Origin: Convolutriloba macropyga
Taxonomy: Eukaryota
NCBI RefSeq assembly: GCF_964194025.1
Contig: NC_134474.1
Location: 16,802,001-16,866,000 of the forward strand
Direction of reading: 5' to 3'
DNA length: 64,000 bases
The position numbers were made by a program, and so were the translations under genes. Every line of letters starts with the position of its first letter. Within the stretch, counting starts at the first letter, position 1. Positions 12,826-25,590 of the stretch are shown here, piece by piece. The notes below the pieces were generated by a model. The model was not told the DNA's origin and made no database searches. It saw only the letters and a list, made by a program, of their open reading frames with translations.

Positions 12826-13368
12826 TCACGTCGAATCATCGTGGTTTACGCTGACAGCTTCCTGAGCAATCGAGTCTCTAACATCGTGCAGGTTCCAACT
12901 GTGTAGGTGCCAATCAGTTCGTTCATTTGTCAATCTTTCCAAAACGTCGAAAAAATTGTTAACCTCGTAGAATCTTTCTCGGAATGAACTTTGGTAAAAC
13001 AAACAAAGACGTCTAAGAGAAGGTTGAATAAATTCTATATGTGACTCCAGCAAACAAGCCAAAGCATTGCAGGACTCCTCTCGTTCACGTGGCAATGATA
13101 ACTGCAGACACCAAATTCTCCAATTTGTCATTCTTTTCATGAACTTCACAAGTTCTTTAAACTGCCACAAATGGACTTCGTATCGCGGAGCTGGCTCTAT
13201 GCAAAATGTTATTGATGCTCGAATCCGAAAAGACAACACGTTACGACGCATAGCTCGACTTGTACAGGACAAATTAACGACGTCTCTGATGTCTAGGAGC
13301 TCACAGATGTCTTCCATGACGTTTAAAGGAACATCAAAAAGCCCAATCAGAAGACGTTGCTGTCCCAT
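12826..13368 (-). CDS. F-box domain protein (main exon)
   Basis: 180-aa ORF in unique sequence. N-terminal LFDVPLNVMEDICELLDIRDVVNLSCTSRAMRRNV fits the F-box pattern (L..LP.E....I...L...D...L..V.R.W). TTTCAG acceptor 8 nt before the ATG. Confidence 0.8.
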   Translation of the reverse strand: MGQQRLLIGLFDVPLNVMEDICELLDIRDVVNLSCTSRAMRRNVLSFRIRASITFCIEPAPRYEVHLWQFKELVKFMKRMTNWRIWCLQLSLPREREESCNALACLLESHIEFIQPSLRRLCLFYQSSFRERFYEVNNFFDVLERLTNERTDWHLHSWNLHDVRDSIAQEAVSVNHDDST

Positions 13369-13904
13369 AATCTGTTCTGAAATGATGAATGCTTTGCCTT
13401 GTAACTGCTAACCATAATCTCAAAGCAGTGCAATAAATTGACGCACGTGAAAAGAACTCGTACAACAGCGCCCCATTTTCGCATCATGTTACCAGCTTTT
13501 GCACTCAATAAATAGCAGGAAAAGGCCCTCATTGTCATTCAAATCATTGGTAACAAAAAGCACTGATAGTCGAGCTTCAAATCTAAGTTGAGGGACTTCT
13601 CTTGAAAGAAGTCACTGTGCACGTTTTGTTCATGTTTTCATATTTGTTTTTACATTCAATCAGATTTCTTGCAAACTGAAAGCTATATCGTGGTAAAAAT
13701 TGAGCAATTTACTGAGCAAACGTTTTGCAAAAATCCATAGATGCCTTAAGGGAAGCCAAGTTAATTTTCTATTTTTTGTTTAATTTGCAAATCAATTCAC
13801 GATTAATGTTTACACCAAAAGATTTTAGGCAAAAATCAAATTGCGGGCTATTTCGAGAATTGACATACTGTTGAAAAGAAACAGAACGAGGTGGTAACAC
13901 TCAT

Positions 13905-14392
13905 TTTTAGTCAACAATATTTTAGCCAATTTTAGTCAACATAACATTGGCCATTTCTCGGGATTTTTATATCCGTCGGAACAATAATCATAAGTTTAGT
14001 AGATCTATTTTTGGATAAACTGCCAAGTTTAGTTTCGGAGGAACTGCAGATAGAATTTGGCCGGGTTTCCATACGCAGCTGTATTTTGAGTCTCAGGTGG
14101 AAGCTGTTCAACTTGTTCATGTCATCATAACTTTAAGTAAAATTGTGCATTGTGAATTCAACAACTGTAAGAGCAAGTTGAACAGATTTCACGTGGGACT
14201 CAAAATACAGCTGCTTGTGGAAAGGCGTAGAAATTGACGAAATCATATCTGGATTTCCTCTGTAAGTAAGCTTGGCAGTTTGTCTAAAAATAGATCTATT
14301 TAACTTTTGACGATTTGCGTCGACTATAAAAATCCAGAGAACCGGCCAAAAATATGTTGACTAAAATTGGCTTCTAAAACAGGTTGTTTACC
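13905..14392. mobile_element. Fold-back/MITE-like element with ~200-bp diverged inverted arms
   Basis: AGCCAATTTTAGTCAACATA pairs with TATGTTGACTAAAATTGGCT, TAGATCTATTTTT with AAAAATAGATCTA, GCAGCTGTATTTTGAGTC with GACTCAAAATACAGCTGC and CTGTTCAACTTG with CAAGTTGAACAG. Spacer ~14119-14171. Confidence 0.85.
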
Positions 14393-14524
14393 ATGAAAAA
14401 TTGAATTTTGCGCGTTTTGTCAATGAGTGTATTTGGTGTTGTGTCAAAATGAAATAACAAATTACCGTTATCTGATACCTAATTTCGGTCTATAAAAATT
14501 CAAAATTATAGATCTTTTCCGTTT

Positions 14525-14630
14525 GTGGGCCCCCAGTACCTTATGCACCCCATCCCCCTCCCCAATTACAGAGCACGTGCCATTACCTAGTAAATTATAA
14601 TGTACTCATATGCATCTGGGGGGGGGGGTA
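14525..14630. repeat. Dispersed short repeat with a second copy at ~33610-33725
   Basis: Shared C-rich tract, then GAGCAC..CCATTAC.TAGTAAAT.AT.ATGTA, then CATCTGGGG. Confidence 0.6.
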
Positions 14631-15717
14631 TTAGTATGCAATTAGTATGCACCCACTAAGCAGGGGGGGGGCACAAAGAAAAAAGATCAAAAAACTTCAG
14701 CGAATGCTGCGTAAATTCAAGCCCAGCTTCGGGCAAAAGCCCAGGTTCGACTCTGATTGCCTTAGATCTCCCAGAAATAAATTCTAACATACACCTAGAC
14801 CCCAAATTAGACACCCTATGCGTAGACCCACAAATTCGCCGTTTTCGAAGTCACCTGCACGTTTAACATTTTAGAAACTGTTAACTGCAATGAGGAAAAA
14901 GTCATGAAAATTACATTGAGTTTCACGAAAAATCTTCAGCTTGATCATAAAGCTTTTGATATTATGCGGCAAAGACTTGCTTGAAATGGAGGCATGATGA
15001 ACTTGAACAGGTACTACGTTGAAATGATCTCACTACTTCAGAGGGAAACCTGGAAAAACTACCCCAATGTCCTCCGAACGAGCGTTTCTCATTTTTCTGG
15101 AAATGAGAGCAATAACAATCCGTTCAACTTTCAATTTATATAATATTCAAAACAATCGGTAACCGGAAAGCCACTGAAAACCCTCTGCAAAGTTGGCAGC
15201 TTACCATAAACAAAATAGCAATTTTGTCTACATATGTACCAGAAAACCGACAAGCACGAGTCCGAAAAAATGTGGTAAGGTTGCCAAATTGAATTCTCGA
15301 GTTAAGTCTGTTCAAGCTATAGAAAATTTATTAACCCAACGCAGTTTTTCTTTGCCTAAAATTCTAGAGGCCTAAACAAGCTGAACAGATTAGCCTTGAG
15401 ACAAATTAATGCTTCTAACAAAAAATTGTCAACCTTACATACTGAGCATCACAAGAAAGTTATTACTTTTTAGTTCCCCAAAGCTAGAGAACTCGGCTGC
15501 AAGTAAAATTTGGCATAAAAAAAACACCAACTTTCAGATAACTTAACAACAAAATCAATTGAATCTCTTAACAGTACAAAAAGTTGTAACAAACTCAGTG
15601 CGAATTCACGTTTCTTTTCAACGTTTAAGCTAAAGACGAATTCAGTAAAAACCAAAGCCGCACGTAGCAAAGATCAATATCGCACACTAGAAGCATAAAA
15701 AATGTTTCCGAACAAAA

Positions 15718-16180
15718 CATAGCCGAAAAACGTCGGAACAAATTGCTCTCAAATGACCGGCGAGCGGTTGTCTTCGGTAGAAGCCCGCTGGGGCTTAAGG
15801 ATGCAATCATTAGGGGGGGGGGGTGGGTTCAAGCGTTGCGGGAGAGGAGGTCAAGTAATTGGGGGCAGGCTTCAGAGGGCAAGACAAGAGGGGGTTCAAA
15901 CCGCCAAGTGGAGGAGGGCGGAAGGGGTGTGCGTGTGTGCGGGGGGGGGGGGGGGTGATGAATGAGTGGAAGTCAAACTTTTAACATAAAGAACAGCTCT
16001 TCACACCATGAAACTATCTCTTCAAAACAAGTGAGACTAGTAAGGCTCCAAAAGAGCTGCTCAGCCACTTATTGCCTTCTGGCTTAACCTGCTTATCCCA
16101 GACGAAAAATTGATCAAGGGAAAAACTACATAGAAAGACCACAGGACTAATATTGCTAAAAACTTCGCTTGAGAGCAATT
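15718..16180 (-). mobile_element. HINE-like element, family D, with G-rich interior
   Basis: Head CATAG-CCGAAAAACGTCGG-AACAAATTGCTCTCAA. End ATTGCTAAAAACTTCGCTTGAGAGCAATT (inverted subTIR within a loose palindrome). Same ends as 58492-59128. Confidence 0.6.
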
Positions 16181-17525
16181 ACCCAAAGTTAGAGTTTCCT
16201 GTCACATTGAATTTGTACTTCGTTAAACCAAAGTAAAACCCAATCACATACTTGACAATTCATAACATCAAAAGCAACCACAAAAAGTTATCAAAGAGTT
16301 AACAAGAGACAATTTAATTAGAGCGGTACTGATTGAAAGGAGTCTTCGTCAATTTCTTGAGCTAAATACAAAAACTAAAATATAACAAAACTTCTAGAAG
16401 ACAGATAAAGTGAGTAGTAAACTATCGAAATCATTCATAAGAATTGCGTGTCACTAAAAAAAGCCAAAACTCCATGCAAAACTCAAAACACTTAAAAGGT
16501 TACCACTGATTTTCATCAGACAAATAAGAACTGATAGAAACAAAGACAATTTTGCTTATTAAAAGGTATACTAGCACGATGGATCGATAGAACAACAGAT
16601 GGCAAACTAATTTATTCAGATTGGGTATTGGTCAATCAGATTTAAGCGCTCACTGAGAATACAGCGCATAACATGTTCGGTTGTAATAGATTCATACCAA
16701 GTCCCACGGGCCGCTGATGCCATGGCTCACCAGGCATGGACAGATACAATAATTTAAAATTGCCTCGCAGAAAGGCTCAATTTCAGTCAATGAAAACAGA
16801 GACTTATTTTCAATTTAATGTCCCAATTTTTTTGTTATCGATCTATTGTCCATTCGATCTATTGTCCGGTCAACATTTAAAGGTGAGTTATTGGCGTCAA
16901 ATTAAAGTAGTATCACTCCTCTAAAGCTGACCCAAGATTTATAAAAAAACTTTTAAACAAAGGAAAGCCTTTCAATATTCGCCTTCCATAACCTAATGTG
17001 TCCACAAAATATTGCAACGCAATGTATGCTTTGAAAAAATCTCAAGGTTTTTCAGCAATAAATATTAAACTTTTAGTAGAAATGCCTTTTGACTTTTTCT
17101 CCCTACATTGATTTTGCAACAGTTTGAAACCAAGCAACATATTAAGGTTGGGCATTAAGACAGACGGCGAGACAAGTAGAAAAATTCAGGACAAAAAAAT
17201 TTTTTAGAACTGTATTACCTTCGAGAGTACTTCAAGCTAACAATTGATTACGTTACTTTTCAATCGCAGAACTTATTTCAGATTTCTCAAATTTTAAAAC
17301 GTTCAAAAAAGATATGGAAGAACCAAAACAATTAGAGCAAACGTTTTTATCAGTTTAAGAATTGAAGTTCCAAATTTTCTCGTTAGAAAAAGTCAACAGG
17401 ACATGTTTTCACGCCTTCTCAGCGACCAACTGACTAGATCAACAACTTGTTTGTTACAACATAGACCGCGACTTGACACAATCACTCTCGTTCAAAACCT
17501 CTTTCACAAATGGAACCAATCATTT

Positions 17526-17831
17526 TCACAGTTGCCTCTGTCGCTTTGCTTCTGGCGCTTCATTGGCAGAATCATTTGTTTCTTCACTCTCTTCAACCGC
17601 CTTTTCAGCACCTCCTCTTAAACTCATTGGAACGTAACTTTGTGCCATTGCATTTAGCAACCCGTCAATTCTGTGAACTTGAAACGAGGTAACCAGTCGA
17701 CTTTTCTCTTGCTCCTTTTCTTCATTGGATGAGATACAGCGGATACCACCGATTGATGTAGAGGTTGAGCCAAAGCCTTCCGCGTCTTTCTTATCGTCGT
17801 CTGAACTCAGAAAATCGGTAGACGTCAATTC
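17526..17831 (-). CDS. MED6: Mediator subunit 6, exon 2
   Basis: Acceptor CTGTTTAG|GAA in phase 0 with the exon 1 donor. Encodes TSFQVHRIDGLLNAMAQSYVP, matching the metazoan MED6 'FQRQRVDALL..L..KFPP' segment, and a C-terminal basic PEAKRQR. Confidence 0.85.
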   Translation of the reverse strand, partial: ELTSTDFLSSDDDKKDAEGFGSTSTSIGGIRCISSNEEKEQEKSRLVTSFQVHRIDGLLNAMAQSYVPMSLRGGAEKAVEESEETNDSANEAPEAKRQRQL

Positions 17832-18100
17832 CTAAACAGATGTTCCCTGCAAAATCCTAGGCTAAGTACCACAGATATGCTAAAAATTGCACATGGACGC
17901 AAAGAACTCTCAACATGCAGTCTTAGACCCTAAGCTGATATTGGGACTTTGACAACTCAAAAGGTTGTTATCACAAATGCGATGTTCCACAAGTCCTACA
18001 ATAAACCTTGTTTAATTGTCTTGGATCTGTCGTACCCGAATGTTACAGTCTAAATTGCTTCTTAATAGGTGCGTCACTAAACCCTAACAAAAACATTTAC

Positions 18101-18538
18101 CTGAAAAGCTTCGTTCAAATAGTCACACGATGTCGCCAGTCGAGAGCTCAAAATGCGATTCAAATCCGGCGCTCGGTATACCACGCCTGCAATTATGTAA
18201 TAGTTGGCTATTGGAGTAACATGTGTAGCACTGTGTCGCTTTCGTTTCTGTACAACAAAGAGAATAGGAGCCTCTTCATATATCAAATCATATTCCAATC
18301 CTTGCATCGTTCGCAACAGCTCAATTGGTTTGTTATGGGGGTGTTTGAGCAACTCATTATTAGACCTCCTGTCGTAAAATGGATTTGTACGCTGCGTGAA
18401 GTACATCATAACATTCGCACGAGTCAGATTAGATACCAAGGTACTGTCGTGCCACGACTGAACAAATTCGCTGTTCAGCTCGTTCAAGACATCAGTAGGT
18501 GTTGCAACGTTGCTTTGCGATGCAGCATTTGCAGCCAT
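18101..18538 (-). CDS. MED6: Mediator subunit 6, exon 1 (spliced product 247 aa)
   Basis: Med6 motifs SWHDS, NVMMYF, NPFYDRRSNNE, GLEY, PILFVVQK and YYIIAGVVYRAPDL..ILSSRL. Donor CAG|GTAAAT at 18100; intron 17832-18100. Confidence 0.95.
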
Positions 18539-20119
18539 TATTGAGAACTGAAATCAAGAGATGAGAAGAATTTTTGATGGTAAAGAATGTAAGAAAACAT
18601 TTTTTTAAAGCTGGGTAAGCAAGCATGTTCTTAAGATTCAAGTCCCATAGAAACACAATAAGATTATATACAGTCACAGTAAATTTTGGACATTACTGGA
18701 GAAATAAAGACGTATACACGGATGGATAGAAAAAGCTTTCACAGGCCCAAAAGATTTTTCTATCACCTACGGCATAATGCTCAATGATTGATTTAAGCGC
18801 CTAATAACACTACCAAAAAATAGACTGTAAATCAAATCTCGAACCACTACTGCTCATAATTAACAGTTCCACAAGGCTTACAAGACTTGCTACATTCCAC
18901 TAATAAATCCACGTGGAGGAAAAGGAAGTTGAGCGTACAACAGTGCAGGTGCAAAATCTATAGTAAACAAGGCATGCATGCACATTTATGGACGTTATAC
19001 CTAATCGACTATTGACTAAATGACGATTGAAGCAAAACGAAACCAATCTCGACGTATTTGAATTTGATTCGAGAGCACTTTAACAAGTTTCGACTAATAG
19101 GACCATTTATAACATCGACATTGATACACATCCTTCAGTGCAACGACTTGGTAGAAAAAGATCAGCAATTTAAGCTCAACAATTATGGTCTAACTCAATT
19201 ATGTGCAGCAAAGGGTTCGATAAGATCATTTACAGAGGAAAAGGGGCTAGCAGAAAAACAAGAAACAGAAAAAATGCAAAAGTTTGCGCAAAATGCTAAG
19301 GGCACATTTTTTGTGAAACTAATATTTTTCATTGCTTATTATCAAAGTACCTATTATTGTCAGATTTCAATTACCAATTTTACGTAATCGACCACTGAAT
19401 TCAAAAAAATGCATTCACCCCACTACAACTACATTCCACTACTCTGATTAAACAATTCAGCATGCATGCCAACCAGCAAGTCAAACAAAAGCATTCGTTA
19501 AATCAATCAAGAGTTAAAAAAGCCAAAAGATGTCGGTTTATCAGTTTGAAAAGACATATTGAGAGGGAGTAAGTCAAGTGTTACCAAAAACTTAATCACA
19601 TAAAATGAACAAAGAACTCGCTATAAGAGAAAAATGACGACATGCACGCAATTATGTCACAGTTCCACGAATTCTAAACAAAAAGCATATTTGAAATGAG
19701 CGGGACATCAGATCGACAGCAAAAACCTTAACAAAATTAAAAAAAGACAAAGTAAGACCAGCCTTGACATACAATTCTAACTTTTTTCATTGACTAAACA
19801 AAAAACAGACTTAAAAAGACTGGAATTGAATCTAGAAAAACCGATATAAACTCAAACAATAGCAACACTTATAGACAAAGTGCCGCATTTTAACAGAAAA
19901 CCATGATCAAGAAAGCAATTTTTTTTCCAAACACCGTATTCTCACTATACTTTAAAATTATAGTGAAAAAAGCTCACGCCGCAAAACCACCGCTTTTTCG
20001 TTTCACTTCCTGTTCTGCCCTGGCTAATATTGCGTCTCCGAGCTGACTTCAAAAATTATGAAAATGTGTTAACAGATCTAAAAAAGCCAGTGCCTTAATT
20101 TAATTTCAATTCTTTGAAA

Positions 20120-22047
20120 CATAACCGGCAAATTGCCGGAAAACAGCCGCAATAGACGCTTGCGGCGTTCCAGGAATTGAAAAAAAATAGAAATAATAAG
20201 ATAGACAGATCGACCACCAGTTCTTTAATAGACTACTAGAGTTTTTGGATTAGATTCGGATGGACTGTTAAATTTATGACACTTACGGTCTAAAAGGAAA
20301 AAGCCCTAAAAGAGTTTTTTTCAAAATTGATATTTGAAATCAGAAACTCAAGACTAATACTCAAGAATTAGGGCATATAAGTTAGATGCACTACTTAGAT
20401 GCACACTACTGATCTTTAACTAGTATATGTTCATAAAATTTAAAGTTCCATAAGTGAGTTCAGAAGTCATTTTTTAGTGAGGTAAGTCACGCAATTGACT
20501 TAAAAGTAGAAATGCCGTTACGTACAAATTTTAACTGCAACGCAGTAGAAGTCACTGAAGTCATTGAAAAAAGTCAATTCCGAGAAATCAGGCCGTACGA
20601 ATTTTCGATGGAGACGACGAATTAAAAAAACATAGCAGGACAAGACCTGAAATACAAATCGAAAAATTGAATGAAAAACTTAGAAGTACTCTACCTGACC
20701 AGCAGATCAATTGAACAACACCAGCTAAAACAAACGATATGATCTCAAAAATGAGAAACTAAAACAATCTAAACAAACTAAACAAAATATACACATTGCA
20801 TAAACTCTTGCAGATTTTAAACCCCTGAGACAAAATTGATCCCTATAAGTAAACCTATTTCAAAAATAGATTCAAAAACAATATTTTCGGAAAACGGTCC
20901 AGTATTATCTCTGCAAGATCTGAAAAAATTCATTGGCCTTTGAAGATCGATTAACTCGAAAATGACCATTTTTAAAATGAAATTAATTGTAATTTATGTT
21001 TTCTGTGTCTTCACTTCATACATTTCTGTGTCTCTAGAGGCTATCCAGTAACCCAATTCTAAAACTTGAAAATATATTGGCTCAAAGATCGAAAGGCAAT
21101 AATCTTTGGAACAATTCAGATTTCAATAAACAGAAATTCGTTCCATTAAAATGTTGAAAACCCATTCAATTAACCCCTAGCAACTATTTAATAACATACT
21201 ATAAAACTCTGGATGAGGTTATCTGGCTACTGAAGCAAGAAAAACTGATTAAAAGACAAATCCATTGAAACTAACAACTCTGCAGTAACGTTTTTTTATC
21301 AGACTGTGAAATAGGTTTTCTGGCACTTGAGGATGGAGAATATCAAAAATTGACAAAAATTTTAGGAAACTTTAAAAAAAATGCAGATTTTATCATAAAA
21401 ATACTATAATTCGAGACATTAAAATGTTAATTTTGGTACTCCATTGATACTCCATTGGTACTAGAAACTATGCAGTGCCCTATTATCAAACCTTAAAGGA
21501 GATTTCCTGTTCCCTGAAGCTTGAAAAACTCAGAAAAATTACAAAAATTTTCAAAAAAACTTTCAAAAATTAGTATCATATTACGTGTTTGTGTTTGTAG
21601 TACCAAAACATACAGCTCATAAGATGGTCATAACAAGTAATTTTGTCTCACAAAAGGCCTTCGTCAAGTTTTAAAAACTTAAACCTGAGACTAATTGAAC
21701 AAAAAACTGCAAAAAAAAAATGAACATGAAAAAATGCACCATTTTGAGCCCAAAAACTCCTAAAAATGACCTTTCAACTTTTTGACCTTTTAAATTAAGG
21801 CCATCGCAGCAGCTGCACCACTCTAACCAGTTGAAGGACTACTAAATCCCACATTGGGCCTCTAATGAAACTTAATGCCCGCTGGTCTTTACCTGTTTAT
21901 CCCGTTTTGAAAGATCAAAGTCTTTGAAAAATGTGTGAACACATCTTAGAAAAAAAAACACAGCGCCCCAATACAATTCAAATTCTTTGAATTGTAAGAA
22001 AATCACTATGTTCCCAACTATAGCCGCTATCGCTTCACGGCTATTAA
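20120..22047 (-). mobile_element. HINE-like element, family B, carrying a nested family C copy
   Basis: Head CATAA-CCGGCAAATTGCCGG-AAAACAGCCGCAATAG. Interrupted after GACGACGAATTAAAAAAA. The end GCTATCGCTTCACGGCTATTAA resumes at ~22000. Confidence 0.65.
20631..21996 (-). mobile_element. HINE-like element, family C (~1.37 kb)
   Basis: Head CATAG-CAGGACAAGACCTG-AAATACAAATC and perfect end palindrome TACAATTCAAA-TTC-TTTGAATTGTA. Colinear along its length with 34599-36045. Confidence 0.8.
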
Positions 22048-23603
22048 ACAGCAAAAGTAGAAATCAAACAGCAGCACGTGAAAATTCGCTTTCAAAAACT
22101 CTGTATTACGCCCCTTGGTCTGCCTGCCAATGAAAGCGGTCATTAATTAGACTAAAAACTGGACAATTAAAACAGACAAAACAAAAAATCATTGATATTC
22201 TATTAACACAGAGAGCGTCTTATTCATATAAACCATTAAAGGCCCTTTGATAACTTCAAAAAATAAAACTATTCCTTATTAGAACACTTGACCTTGAGAA
22301 ACCAGTAGTTGAGAAAACTAGGAAGTAACAGCAATAGAAGTCAAATAGAAGCACCCCAAAAAATTTTGCTTTCAAAAACCGAAAAAATGGTAAAACATCA
22401 ATTTCTCACTCCTAACTAAAAGCAGCTAGAAAAAATCACCCTTCAAACTCACTACCTTTTTCGCTCTCTCTATAACACCAGCGTGACCATAATTACCTAT
22501 CTAAATTTGACTTCTCATTGATCTCAAAAATGATGAACATATCACAAAAAAGACAGGGCAGCAATACAATCTAAATCTTCTGGATTGCTAAACAGGATAG
22601 CTCCGAAATAATAGCCGTTCAAAGTGAAAAGTAGTCTAATTAATTTACCAAAACTTTGTAATAGTGTCCTGAAAAACAGCTGTTTTTTGACAGACACTAC
22701 AAAACTGTCAAGCTGCAGGCTAGCAGAAAACTCTGCTTGACAACTAGGAGACAAACAGAGCAAGGAAAATACCCAACCTCTTTTGAAATCTTGATAAAAT
22801 GCAAATGGATAATCAGTCGTTTCTTGCCATCATTTTGAAATCATTGACATGCAAAAAAGGTAATCATTTTTTAAACAAAAGTGTAAAAATACAAACTTTT
22901 GCTTTCAAGGTAGCATTACAAAAACCATATACCTCACTACACCAGGTGAAAAGAAATTAGTTCTAACACCAGACCTCTCTGAACAAATGAAGGCGCATTT
23001 GTCAAAAATCTAAAACAGCAAAAAACGTGAAAAACCGCACCACGTTAGACATAAAAACGTCAGAAACTGGCGTTTTCACCTCTAGATCACCTTTTCCAAG
23101 CAACTTCAGCCCCCTCAGCAATAGAAAGACTATTAAAACCAGATAAGGGGCATAAATGAAAATGATAAACGTTCAAAAACAGAAATTCGGAAAGAGTTGA
23201 CGTTTTTTCAAAACTTCTATAAATATTACGAAAGGTAACTAAATGAAACCCACTAGTTGGCAACTGTTCTTATCGGCCCAATTTCAGTTCTTTTTTCTGT
23301 TAATTATTAACAGGTGAGTTAAATCTGCAAAAAATGCATTAATACATTTTTCTTCTGAACAATTACCTGATTGCTCGATTATGAGATTTTCCAAATCAGT
23401 TACACCAAAAGCAATTTAGCAAATTCTAATGCCGACTTATTTTTCCTATCAAGAGTCGAGCTTAAAACTTTTCTCGTCCTGGCTCGAGAATCAGCCCCAA
23501 ACCCCAAATAGAAGGAATTATTCTATTTTTTCATTAGAGCACTTTGAAATCATTTCCAAGTGTGACATGCTGAAGAATACGCGAGTTCTAAAAAAAACCA
23601 AAA

Positions 23604-24086
23604 CAGCTGGCAATTGCCAGAAAATAGCCGCAATAGCTTTATAGATCTGTAGTCTCAAAAAGAAGGTAAAAAGACAGACCAAAAAAGAAACATTCTTTTC
23701 ATAAAGGACTGGGATGTTAAATTTTGATTAAGAATCTGTATAATTTACTGCTCTTTCTATTAGCTGGTCTTAGATAACCTTCAATTAGAGTGACAAACAC
23801 TCATTTGACCTTATCTCTTTGAATTAAAGCAAAGAAAAGTCAGTTTCAGAGTGAGGTAAGTCATGTGTGATCAAAAATTTAATCACGCGAAAAAACTAGC
23901 TCCACTAAAAGTGAAAAATGACTTCACGCACCAATTCAGTTGAAATTGCATGAGCGAATGAGCAAAAACCCAGAATTGAAGTGGTTGTGACGTCATATGG
24001 TCGTAACAAAAATCTTGACGACGAAATAAATAAAAAACCAAGAGAAGGCCAATTATAGCCTCTGCTATCGCTTCGCAGCTATTAAT
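23604..24086 (-). mobile_element. Uninterrupted HINE-like element, family B
   Basis: Head CAG-CTGGCAATTGCCAG-AAAATAGCCGCAATAGC and end GCTATCGCTTCGCAGCTATTAAT. Paralog of 11977-12489. Confidence 0.75.
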
Positions 24087-24092
24087 CAATAA

Positions 24093-25590
24093 CATAGCTG
24101 AGAATTCCGGAAGCGACTGGAAGCTTGAGACCCCAACAAAACCTTTATTGCAGACGAAACTATTATCCTTAGTCCCGAAAGGATTATTCATGACCTTAGC
24201 ACAGTTAAATTATATGGTAAAAAATAAAACCCGCTAAAATTTCACCCTTAAAACCAAATTTTGACAGAAGTCCCAGCGCAGTCTTTCAACCGCTAAATTT
24301 CGAAAAAGATGCCAAGGATTGAAAAGCTTTAAAAACCGACCAGGCTAATAACCGTCAGAAAACCGACACTTCTCAAAAATTCGAGCTCTGCAATCAAATC
24401 CGTGAGGCAAAAGACACATTCGGAGAGAATAAAGAAGATAACAATCTTAAAAATAAACTGAATTAGAAAAAAAGTAAATTTATGTCTCATTAGAACAATA
24501 AATCATTCGTTTTAGCGTAACAGTATTTAAAAATTAGCAAAAGTTTCTCTTGAAGAAATGAGGTGCATTACTAATACGATAAACAGCGAAAACAAAATGA
24601 ACAGATAAGAACTCGAAGGCCAAAAATTGTTCATAGCCCGAGAAACTTTGCAGAAAATGCAGCCGATTCAGTCAAAAGCATTATATCAGAAATTCCAACA
24701 AAACTCAGGGCCGCATTATGCTAAACGAAAACAGCAAGTAAAAGTTATAAAAAAATGAGGGAATAGGCTAAAATCTATTTAACTATGAAACTTCTCATTA
24801 GCTCCTAGATATTTGCTGAGCATAGACATTTGCCAGACACAACAAAAATTACAGAAACCAATCAAGTACCAATCATTAACAGGCTTTTGAAATTCGATAA
24901 AAATAAAAGATTTTAAGCATTCACCGATTTTGCCAAAATTGAAAAAATACGGTGAAAAGGTCAATAGTGAAAGAAACTCAATGAATTTCAAACTCTTAAG
25001 GATAAAGAATAAATGATTTATCGATGGCACAGAATTAAACTAACCTCCGTTGCACTGAAAGACTTATTTTAGTAAAAAAAAAACAATACACAAACTAAAA
25101 AAAGAACAAAACATACGTAATAAACGAAGATTTTGATGCATGAAATATGAGAGGTACGTTGCTTTGAATGCTGATTACAAAAACAAACTCCACTCCAACA
25201 TCTAAAAACAAAAATTAATAAACCAGCCAAAATTTAATTAAAACTTGGAAATTTGAAAGTTTTGCACTTGAACGCAATAACGAGATCTCAAAAACACAGT
25301 TATATTGACTCCAGATGGTTACAAATTAATGATGCGTCAACAAAGATAACATCTTAACAAAATCAAACTTGAGCCAGTAAAAAACTTCAGCCAGATGTAC
25401 AAAAACGGCTCAAAATTTATCGATATGCGATAATTTATCGAAAACCCTTCAAAGACGACAAATCATTTACTCAATGGAGAGTATGAACTAAAAACTCATC
25501 CCGTTGAGAAAAAAATAGTTCAGACGTCCCTTTCATCACTTTGTCCTTTAAGTCAAAACGCCACCTATCTGAACAAGTACTTCCTGTTAA
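24093..25590 (-). mobile_element. Diverged HINE-like element, family A
   Basis: Head CATAGCTGAGAATTCCGGAAGCGACTGGAAG. Subterminal block ...GTCAAAACGCC...GAACAAGTACTTCCTGT matches ~9448-9482. Another CATAG-hairpin head follows at ~25597. Confidence 0.55.
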
